Position numbers and translations under genes: made by a program. Shown piece by piece: positions 50,331 to 61,600 of a stretch of 64,000 nt of DNA. The stretch is taken from NCBI GenBank assembly GCA_002269645.1, contig NIVC01000168.1, forward strand, positions 248,001-312,000, written 5' to 3'. The notes beneath the pieces were generated by a model. It saw nothing but the letters and a program-made list of their open reading frames with translations, was not told the DNA's origin and did no database searches. Numbering within the stretch: position 1 is the first letter of the stretch; every line of letters starts with the position of its first letter. This stretch comes from Macrostomum lignano (lineage: Eukaryota).

Positions 50331-52591
50331 AGCTAAGTCAAATACAGTAAGTCAAGGCTGTACTGCAATTATGATTTGATATGAGTTCCTAAAATGCTTT
50401 TAAAGCAAACTCTAAATGCAATTTGACCTAATTAATGCAGCATACAACAGAAATAGAAGTTTTACCAAGCAAACAGTTATCAATCTCTGTGAACTACATC
50501 CTACGATACGGAGCCCTCGTGCAATATCCATGGATATTCGAGTCTCAGATAAACAAACTGATGAAAGAATCTAAATTGAATAGAATTCTATATTTTTCAC
50601 TGTGATTATGTCTACTAAGTGGCATACTGGAAAAAATAATAAATCAGAAAACGTGCTACTTTGTTCTAACTGGAACTAAATTTAACATATACTGTTTACA
50701 GGAATTACGAAAACCAGGAAGCAATCGAGGGTCATCCGGTCATGTTGATAAGAAATCGTCACCAGAACCTAACCTGGCAGAACCTAGACTTTTTTGGGAA
50801 GTGTTAGCAATGACAGACGGATAAAAGTTAAAGCAATAAGAGAAAACATGTAGTTGCTTTATTAATTTTTGGGTTTGCTTGCTTTATTTAAAACAAACCG
50901 TTTGGTAGGCCTAATGGTATCATATCATACATCTACCTTCGATTAGAGATTCTTGATATTGTTGTATCATATAGTGTCGATATATTAGTCACATCAGCTG
51001 CAGTATTGCTCATCGATTCGTAAATTTTCAACTTCAGACTTATTTTAGCTTTTAAATGGCTTCCTTTAATGACCTTTTTTACTGGTGTTAGGTTAGGATA
51101 AGCTAGGGCCTAAGGATTAACTTAAGATAAGTGTAAATGTAACTAATAACAATTTTAGTATTATTTTGCCTGTACATAACTATTATATTGTCTTGGATTT
51201 AGACCTAGTATCAAAGCCAAATTAAAGTAAATACAATAGTGGCATAGGCCTAGTGGCCTCCCATAGTCAGAATCATATAGCACAACTGTGCTGGAACAAA
51301 TCTTAGAGAGCTGATTAAGAGAAAGCTGAAACAAGTCATATACTATAACAGAACCTAATGTTCTTGCATATCAAAATAAAAATTTAAGAGTCAAATACTT
51401 AGTAAATCAGAATAAGACAAGTTAATATCTTAGACAAACAATAAGCCTAGGCCTACCTGAGTTTTTAGTTAAAGTATATTTTTAGCTATTAGGAGATAGA
51501 AAACTATCAGTATTTATAACAAGTTGTATTTGTTACAGTGGTGATTCCTATACACTGAGAATCCCACCGCTGAGACACTAAGTTGTTACAGGCCTTTTGG
51601 CTCTCTATAAGAATTTCACCGTTATGCCACCAAAGTTGTACTAGGTGTGTTTCCTGTGCACTGAGAATCCTACTAAATGCCACCAAAGTTGTAACAGGGG
51701 TGATTCTTTCTTCTTAATAATAATTTCACACTGTCACCAAAAGCTATCACAGGGCTAATTTACTAATCTCTTAAGTGTTCTTCTTAGGTTGGTAGCTGCC
51801 ACAAGGATTATCCTATTAATAAATTATGAGTTTATCAATCTTAGAATAATCTGAGAAATGTTTCTTAGAATAGGTCTGAGTATTTAGTCTGAGTATTTAG
51901 TCTGAGTATTTAGTCTAAGTATTATTCTTAGAAAAACTGTTAGCCCTGAAAGATTTTACTCTTCTAATTATTCTGGTAGCATTCTATTATTCTGGTAGCG
52001 TTCTATCTAATAATGGCCTGAGCGGTATTTTGGCTTACTAGTATATGTATTTCATGTACTTTGCAAGTCCTTGGGCGTTACCGAGATCAGAGGGTCACAG
52101 CCTCCGTTATTCTTACACGTATTACTTCAGACCTACTTCGCAACTTCTTACTACTCAACACTTTCCTTCTCAGTAGTATATACAGTCCACACTTCCGTCT
52201 ACTTCACTCTTACTTCTTAAAAGGCATTAACACAGAAAACATTTCTTCAATTCTTATTTTCTCGGAACTCTTACTATTCATTATAACTGTATTATTAGTG
52301 AACCGCGATGCGCGAGGTTGGTTCTCCCTCCGCCGCATTTGCTTGTATTTATAGTAAAATTCTAGTAGATTTTAAACAAAAATTAGTTCGCGTAAAATAT
52401 TATACAAAACACGAGTATTAAAAAAAATGCGTCGTAGTTCTTTTTGGCGTGAATTTAAAGTGTAATAAATGATAGCTAATTTTAGAAAGAAATCGGGAGG
52501 GGCCCTGTACATATTTTAGCATTTATATTATATTTTTATTTATGTATTTATAATATTACATGCTACACTAGCATACTATAGCCTTATTTTA

Positions 52592-53884
52592 CGAGGGGCA
52601 CTATTAAAGTTCTGAGCCTGACCAAGATCTTATAGTGGCAAAGTGTTGAAACTTTAGGCTCTAAAAGCGCCACATGTTAATAGTCTATTGTTAACTTTTC
52701 AGAATTTTCTGCATTCCCTAAGTCCCACTGCACCATTTTATTTCCAGCACCCCATGGCATTTTCTTAAGAATTGAAGCTTGAGCACAGGGCAGTGAATAA
52801 ATTTCTGACTCTGGAGGGCTCAAAGCCTGCTGAAATTCAAAGCCGCATGGCTAGTGTGTACGCTGACGCTGCCCCCTCATACGCCACCATAAAGTGCTGG
52901 GCAGCCGAGTTCAAGCGTGGCCGCGACTCGCTCGAAGATGACCCCCGATGTGGACAACCCCGGACTGCTGTCACTGCCGACAACATCCAGCGCATCCAGG
53001 CTCTGGTTGACAGTGACCAGCGGGTGAAAGTCAGGGAACTTGCGGCAGACACTGGACTCTCTGACCCGCAAGTCATTGAGATCCTGCACCAGCATCTTCA
53101 TCTGTCCAAGGTTTCTGCCAGATGGATCCCACGAATCTTGACAAGGGACCAAAAGACCGCACGGGTGCAGTACTCAAAGCTTGTCCTGGACTCCTACGAT
53201 CCGGACCCTGCCAACTTTCTGTCCTGCTGCGTGACCGGGGATGAGACGTGGATCCATCACCACGATCCCGAGTCCAATCAGGAGTCCAAGCAGTGGCTGC
53301 CAGTTGGTTCACCTGCACCACTGAAGGCACAGACTGCATGCAGTGCAGGCAAGATTATGCTCACCGTCTTCTGGGATGCCAAGGGCCCGCTGCTGCTGGA
53401 CTTTCTACCGCACAAGCAGACAGTCACAGGCGCCTACTACGCTGACCTGATCGCCCGTCTGCGCGAGGCAATCAAGGAAAATAGGCGAGGGATGCTGAGC
53501 CGAGGTGTTGTGCTCCTGCACGACAATGCACTGGCCCACACTAGCAGGATTGCCAAGGCTGCTGTCAGTGTCACAGGGTTTCGAGAGCTGCCGCACCCAG
53601 CCTATTCACCAGACCTGGCCCCAAGCGACTTCCACCTGTTTCCACATCTCAAGCGGGCGCTCCGTGGACAGTGATTTGACACTGATGATGCGCTGAAGGA
53701 TGCTGCAACTGCTTGGTTTGAGGGCTGCTTGGTGCAATTCTTCCAGAGTGGCATTGAGGCACTGCGATCAAGATGCCATAAGTGCATCTTGGTTGGGGGA
53801 GACTATGTTGAGAAAAGCTGATCTCACTTTGCCCATATCTCCTCTCTTTCATATTAAGGCTCAGAACTTTAATAGTGCCCCTCG
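52592..53884 (+). mobile_element. Full-length mariner (DD34D) DNA transposon, 1293 bp
   Basis: Perfect 28-bp TIRs CGAGGGGCACTATTAAAGTTCTGAGCCT (52592-52619, 53857-53884) with TA duplications on both sides. Confidence 0.97.
52754..53821 (+). pseudogene. Mariner transposase with two in-frame stops (52766-52768, 53672-53674)
   Basis: WIPRIL, TGDETW, LLHDNA and YSPDLAPSDFHLF with 34-residue D-D spacing. The frame continues after the second stop: FDTDDALK...GGDYVEKS*. Confidence 0.95.
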
Positions 53885-53896
53885 TATGGTTGACAA

Positions 53897-56800
53897 TGAT
53901 TTTGTCTGCTATGTTTTGTCTGCCACTTTTTTGTCTGCTAATATTTGTAAAGTCATTTTATCTACCAAGGGGGTCATTTTGTTTGCCATGAAAATTTTCA
54001 AGTAGGTCTATTTTATACAATCTACTTATTCAACTTTTACTTATTTTTTATTGGGCTGTAAAACTGAAACTAATATTTGTTTATTTGATAATATTTGAAA
54101 TTTGAAATTGTTAATATTTAAATTGGATAGTTAATAAAAAAATTGAAAGTAAAACTATTTTAAATTGAGCATTAAAAAGTAGAGAGATAAAGTAAAAGAT
54201 GTAAAGTAAAAATTGGACAGCTGATATCCTATAGTTAGATAGGCCTATAGTTAAAGTGACATGTAGCTATGTAGTTAAAGTGAAACAACCTTGTTACAAT
54301 GTTCCAGAAGACTAGCAGCAGTAAGATAACCAGCCTAATAAGGCTGTCCATGCAACTTGTAGTGCGGCACTATGACATCTGCCACTTTGATTCAAGTGTG
54401 GTGTTGGCAGAGGTGCTAGGCCACAAAGCTGCAGCCCTAGCAGGGTTGTTTGATCTGCTAGGATACCTTTTAGAGCAAAGATATTCATACATGCAGTAGT
54501 ATGTCTTTTTAATCCCATCCTAAGTGCCAACCCTCAAAAGCATTGTTTGTCCTGTCAACAAGCAGGTATGCTGAGAGGGACTGAATACTCCTAATGGAAT
54601 GTGACAGCCATGTAGAATCAATATAGTTAAATAGATCTGTAATCGGCTATGATGTTGCCAGTGGCCGCAGGCCTTCAAATGCAGCTTTAATGTTGCTAGC
54701 TAGGCAAATATGGCAGGGCTATTAGCTGTCTACACAAAGCGCAGGTAGGTCTATGTGTTGCATATGCTAGGATAAGGCCAAGCAGGCCAATTCTACAATA
54801 AACTGCTTGGCTAGAATGAAATATGCAGCTATTTAGTTCCACATTTGGGAAGACTTCTCTCAGTGCCTACCAGATAGCAAGCTTAAAGTCTAGCATTGCA
54901 TGCGTCACTGCAGCTTCAAAAAGCAACAAATACAGCCACATAATCAGCCTTTGCACATCTAGACATGATTATGTATGCAAGTGCACAGATCCGTCTTGTT
55001 CCACCAGATTAAACTACACCATGTATGCTGTATAATTGTACAAATGGCTCCTTAACTATGCTGAATGTCCCATCAAGAAACTAGTCTAGGCAGTGTGATA
55101 GTGCATTTAGCTGCTTAGGACTTGACAGCACAATGTGCCTCTTCCTTGTCCATGCAACTGCCACATCTGCATGCAGAAAAGGTTGAGGGATGTCGTCATT
55201 GCTTAAGTGGAATTTGAGTGTTGCTGGTTGCTGTTGCCTTTGCTTCTGTTGGAGCCGATTTGCCTGATGTGCCAACTGGTCTAGGTTTGGAGCCTGGACT
55301 TGAAACTTGTCTGTATGCTTGCTCATGGCTGCCTCAGATAGAGCCTTAGCCAGAACATATTTTGCCTTCTTTGCAGCACCCTTGACTTGTAGTGCAATTA
55401 TTCTACACAAATCAGCATCAGTGTTAGGCTCACAAGTATGCCTCTTCCGTGGGTGATATGTGCCACCAGGTGACTCAGTAACACTGCCAGCACACCTGAC
55501 TGAATGATTGCATACTACACATTTCTAATACTTGGAGCCACTTTTCTCTTTATTGCATCCAAAAACATAGCCCAGAGACAATATCAGTAAATCGCCACCT
55601 TGCTTGCTGGCACCAAGCCGCAAATTGAATGCCTCAGCCTCCTGCACATCAGCCTCATCAGCTTCCTGCATGACATCAGCCTCATCAGCCTCCTGCATAT
55701 CAGCCACCTCAGCCTCCTGCATGACATCAGCCTCATCAGCCTCCTGCACATCAGCCACCTTAGCCCCTGCACATCAGCCACCTCAGCCTCCTGCACATCA
55801 GCCACCTCAGCCACCTGCACATCAGCCACCTCAGCCCCCTGCACATCAGCCACCTCAGCCTCCTGCACATCAGCCACCTCAGCCACCTGCACATCAGCCA
55901 CCTCAGCCCCCCCCCCCTGCACATCAGCCACCTCAGCCTCCTGCACATCAGCCACCTCAGCCACCTGCACATCAGCCACCTCAGCCCCCCCCCTGCACAT
56001 CAGCCACCTCAGCCCCCTGCATATCAGCCACCTCAGCCACCTGCACATCAGCCACCTCAGCCCCCCCTGCACATCAGCCACCTCAGCCTCCTGCATACCA
56101 GCCACCTCAGCCTCCTGCATATCAGCCACCTCAGTTTCCATGTCAGCTTCTTCAGCATTGAAATCCATCACTTCAACCACCTCAATATTGATAATCTCAA
56201 CGCCATAGTTCATGGCGATTCCAACATCCAAATGTGCTACGTCTAAAGTTTTGCAAAGTGTGCATAGCCAAATGAACACATAGTCGCTTTCAGCACTCAG
56301 CTTGCGGTACTCATCCTGTGAGATGCCTGCAATGCAGGTTTAAACTGATGTAACCAAAATGTACATGTAGGTCTACTTAGTACATATATTTATACCTCCA
56401 CATTACTAAATTATTAAGAATTAAGAATTTTAAAGTTACACTATTCAGGAATTTATATGAATGACATGTCCAATGTTGCCACTTGTCACATCTGTCACAC
56501 TACAAATCTTGTTGCCTTGTTCCAACAACATGTAGACATGCAATACATTTGCTCATTTTTTTGACAGGACCAAGCTAGAAAACTTTTGATTGTCATTTTC
56601 AATTTATAAATTATATATACTATAGCATGCCAAATTTAACACAATAGTCAACTGACTCTTGATTTAATGTACAGTGTACTAGGGGGTGTTGCATGCATCA
56701 TAGTATGGCTCACATTGCTAATAGGCACCTACTGCCTAGTGCTTGTGTGACAAAATTAATGTTATTCCTGGCGCGCAAATGCTATGTACATCCAGTGTGT

Positions 56801-56947
56801 GTCTGCACACAGTGTTGCTGATAAATAAATATAGAGGCACAACTCTCAGGCTCTCAATTAGTTTCACTCTCTACAATTGCATCCAATTTGTCTGCTAGAA
56901 AAAGTTGTCTTGTCTCCCAGTAGACAAAAAGGTGGCAGACAAAATCA
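53897..56947 (-). mobile_element. Decayed Mutator-like (MULE) transposon encoding PHD finger, acidic repeats, FLYWCH-like zinc finger and MULE transposase
   Basis: MSKCIAC..*CDRCDKWQHWTC (56556-56461) plus GISQDEY..WLCTLC (56326-56250) form a PHD. GYVF..KY*KC..C..H.C (55620-55440) is FLYWCH-like. Transposase motifs RHIVLSSPKQL..*FLDGTF..PFVQLYSIH and LDFKLAIW*ALREVFP..CIFH..QAV. Inverted termini-like ttttgtctgccacttttttgtct (53897-53940) versus 56921-56947. Confidence 0.8.
55633..56130. repeat. 21-24-bp repeat encoding EAEVADVQ-like acidic units within the MULE ORF
   Basis: cctgcacatcagccacctcagc units read directly. Confidence 0.9.
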
Positions 56948-58379
56948 CTGCATACCTATTCTACATATATGTATATGTTATATATTATATAACATAATTA
57001 GCCTTATTGGAATAAGTGTTGAAAACCTGTAAATGTGTGATATGGGGTCTTAAATTGTAGCTCAAAAATGCAATGCAACATAGAAAATCTTCACTTTGGC
57101 ATTAAATAGAAGCATAGTACTAATTAGATAACAAGGCATTTAGCCTTAATAAGACAGTTATAGTTATTCCTGCTATTTACCCAAAACTGTTTCATGCCGT
57201 GACACTACCTGCCTTAATTCCAGCCACAATGTAATACTAGAAAATTCCCAAATTGCAACAGATGGTCAGACACATTTTGTCCACTTATTCCAATAGGGCA
57301 TATTAAGCATTATGACCAAAATCCCTATAGCTAAACTGGTTTATAGGCAAAATAGTTTGCAGGTAAATTCTATATAGTAGAAATCATTTGGATGCAAAAT
57401 AGTCAAACTTCTATTGAAGTACTTTAAATATTTTTTATTTGATAAAAATAGAAAAAAAACAAGTTTTTAAGGACACAAAGTTTAAAATTGTTTTTTTTTT
57501 ATTCTATGTTCCATAATAACAGTATTGCATGTAGCGTATTCTATGTAAAGTCACTTTATTTGATCCTAACATGTCTGTAGATATGTCATAGATGTAAGTG
57601 TAAGTAAAAAATTGTCCACTGTGTCATGTACACTGGGATGTATGCTAATATATGCAAAAAATGGCAAGTACTCTTGTTGTATACCAGGAAATCCTGACAT
57701 ACATGTTGCCTTCCAAACTATAGAAGATAAATGAGAAATCATTGGAAAAAAGGTTCCACTTATATAGGGAATCTGAAAGTCTTGATTCAGTGTTCTGGGG
57801 TACTACAACTATACTCATTAGAAGTAAGCAATGGCTATAAACAGTGGATAATAATTTTAGTAGGTAGTAACCCTGATGTAGAATGTTACTGCCTTTTAAA
57901 TTCATAAAATTAAAATTAAGAACTATATGTTTATATAAATTTTGATTAACCTTTTACATTATTTTTTATCCTATTTTATGCTTTGTTAGATACTCTATCA
58001 CTTTTTGATATAATTAGCATTCATACTATTTTTCTTTAAAGAGTATTGCAAAGTTTGACAAATTTTGTTCATTCTAAATGTAAGTTATAAAAATATCAAA
58101 ATGAGCTAAAAGTTAGCTACTGGTCTGTTTTACTAAACTGTAAATTTATAAAAAAATGTTTTATTATGCTAAGAAAAGCTAAAAATGTTTAATTCAATGG
58201 CACATATGCAAGGGATTGAGGCTAAAATTTTATATCATTTGAGTATTCATGTCATTCATAGTATAAAGTTTTAGTATATGGATAGTTTGAAAATACTGTT
58301 GTAATCAACCCTTGTGTTAATTGCTATATTTTTATAGCTGTTGGTGGTTTTAAAATGTACTAAAAACAAATCTAGTAAA

Positions 58380-58510
58380 CTAATCTCAGTATCTAATCTT
58401 ACTATCTCTAAGGACATCTAGTCTCACAATATTTATACATAAATTGTATCTCACTATCTATACAGAAATCTAATCTCATCATCTCTACAGATATCTAATC
58501 TCATCATCTC
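58380..58510 (-). repeat. Short inverted copy of the SLC6 intronic 25-bp satellite
   Basis: ctaatctcatcatctctacagatat is the reverse complement of atatctgtagagatgatgagattag. Confidence 0.75.
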
Positions 58511-58643
58511 TGAAACAAAAAATAAATTCTTTGATATATTACAGTAGCTTAAATAATCCTCAGGCTTCTCATGTATTTGGTATGTAATTTTTGTGTCAAT
58601 TTTAATTGCTTAATTCATTTTTTACTGTTACTGCCATTCCAAG

Positions 58644-61600
58644 ACACAAGCAGCACTCAAATGTGGCTTGACGACCAGTCAGATGATTTTGTAGACAGCC
58701 ACCCAAGCTGGTCAGTAGTGCAGCTGGTGCTGGCCTCCCTGTGCTGCATGTCTCTGGCTGCATTTGTCAAGCTGCAGGAGTGCTTCTATTTTGGTTCGGG
58801 CTGGACTTTGATGGGTTTTGTACTGTTCATGCTGATCATTGGCTCGCCAATGCTGTACATACAGATCCGGCTGGGCAATCAGTACCAGAGAGGCATTCTT
58901 GGATTGATGAAGAAATTCTTTCCATTTAGCTTTGGTAAGTTCATTGATCATCTTTGACTGCCTACTAATAAGTAGCAAGATAATTATGTAAAACTGGGAA
59001 AATTCCACTAGATCTATTATGTATAATGATGATGAATTCTAATTACAACTAACTAAAATACAAGCCTGCAAAAGGTTTTCTCAAACACTTAAAATTGAAA
59101 TTTGTATGAAAAGGAGTTAATTAACAAAAATTATTAGCAAAAAGATGTTATATATCTTAACAATTTTATGATAATAACAAACTAAATTTTGATTGAATAA
59201 ATCATTTCTTTCAAAAAAAATCGCAGGTTTCGGTTTAGCCATGATCATTCGCAATCTAATTAGCATAATCTACATCTCGGGCGTGATGACGCACTGCCTG
59301 TCGTACATATTCTTCTCTGTGTACCCGTGCGATAGTCGCTATTGCGTTGGCGCCACCTACATGTGGGGCAGCTGCGCCGACGAGTGGAATAAGAAAATCG
59401 AGTGCCGCCCGTGAGTAGTATATATGGAGCTAAATTATAGATGTTATAGATATCTGTCATATTAGATAAGGATGAAGTGAGATTAGATATCGATGGCAGG
59501 GAGATCGGATACAGGATAATCTGATATTAAATAGAAAAAGAATGAATAAATGAAGATTAGATATGAATGAAATGAATGAGGTTAGGGATATATGGATAGA
59601 GAAATTAAATATACATAAAAGGTGATTAGATATAGATGAAGGGGATTACATGTTGAAGAAGTGAGATTTGGTAGAGATGAAGGAGATTAGATATGGATGG
59701 AGATTAGATACGTCTGAAGTAAGATTAGTTATGAATAAAGTAAGATTTGATAGATGTGAAGGAGATTAGATATGAAATAAATAAGATTAGATCTGGATGA
59801 AGTGAGATTAGTTATGGATGAAGTGAGATTAGATAGATGCAGTGATATTAGATAGAGACGAAGGAGATTAGATATGGGATAAATGAGATTGGATATGGAT
59901 GAAGTGAGATTAGATACAAATTCAGTGATATTAGATAGAGATTAAGGTGATTAGATATAGGATAAATGGGATTAGATATGGATTAAGTGAGATAAGATAT
60001 GGATTCACTAAGATTAGATATGAATATAATGAGATTAGATATGGATGGAGATTAGATATAGATGGAGATTACATTTGAATGGCAGCGAGATTATATATAA
60101 ATGAAGGGAGACAGAAATCAATAGTGGATGATAAACCCACTGAGTTCCGATTACTCCTTCAGCCTGATGGCGCAGACACAGCACGGGCCCACTCCAGAAG
60201 AAGGCTTCTACCTGTACTTCAACATGGACATCAGCAACAGCATCTCGGATATCTGGTTCCCGCGCTGGTTTCTAATGGACGGATTGAATGTTGTGCCGCA
60301 TCTGCTGAACTGGATATTCATATTTCTGGTTGTACTGTGGGGACCTCGCGTGCTGGGCATCCTACTGTACATCTTAGCCCCCCTGGCTCTGATTCTGTTC
60401 TTAATTCCATTCGGAGTTATCATTGGCAACGCGTCTCATCAGCAGCTGGACAAATACTGGCAAAGATTCTATAAGAATTTTGCATCGACCATACCGTTGA
60501 ATCGATTGGCTTGGGATACCTACGACTTTAGCCCGCCTCTGTGGGGCCTGTTCTCTACCATTGTACAGCTGGCCAGCATGATGCATATCTGGCATGGAGT
60601 CTGGCCCTCCGTCGGGTCCTGGGTGCCCAGGGGACGTAAGACTATGCAGTTCAGCTTTCTGGGAGTACTGCTCATCTTCGGTCTGGTGGTGCAACTGCCT
60701 TCTCTGCTGGCTGTTGTGAGCTATGCTGCCGGTGAGTGCTCGGGGAGATTGCTGAGATTAGATGTCTGTAGAGATGGTGGCATTAGATGTCTGTAGAGAT
60801 AGTGAGATTAGATGTCTGTAGAGATGGTGAGATTAGATGTCTGTAGAGATGGTGGCATTAGATGTCTGTAGATATGGTGAGATTAGATGTCTGTAGAGAT
60901 GGTGGCATTAGATGTCTGTAGATATGGTGAGATTAGATGTCTGTAGAGATAGTGAGATTAGGTGTCTGTAGAGATGGTGAGATTAGATGTCTGTAGAGAT
61001 GGTGAGATTAGATGTCTGTAGAGATAGTGAGATTAGATGTGAGATTAGATAGTGAGATTAGATGTCTGTAGAGATAGTGAGATTAGATGTCTGTAGAGAT
61101 GGTGGGATTAGATGTCTGTAGAGATAGTGAGATTAGATGTCTGTAGAGATAGTGAGATTAGATGTCTGTAGAGGGTAGAGATGGTGAGATTAGATGTCTA
61201 GAGATAGTGAGATTAGATGTCTGTAGAGATAGTGAGATTAGATGTCTGTAGAGATAGTGAGATTAGATGTGAGATTAGATAGTGAGATTAGATGTCTGTA
61301 GAGATAGTGAGATTAGATGTCTGTAGAGATGGTGAGATTAGATGTCTGTAGAGATGGTGAGATTAGATGTCTGTAGAGATGGTGGCATTAGATGTCTGTA
61401 GAGATAGTGAGATTAGATGTCTGTAGAGATGGTGAGATTAGATGTCTGTAGAGATAGTGAGATTAGATGTCTGTAGATATGGTGAGATTAGATGTCTGTA
61501 GAGATAGTGAGATTAGATGTCTGTAGAGATAGTGAGATTAGATGTCTGTAGAGATAGTGAGATTAGATGTCTGTAGAGATGGTGAGATTAGATGTCTGTA

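Noticed and set aside
54800-56500. RIP-like TGG>TAG and CAG>TAG stops in the MULE
   Set aside because: These are the usual transition routes to stop codons; the region is rich in TG/CA, fitting CpG decay rather than CpA-directed RIP.
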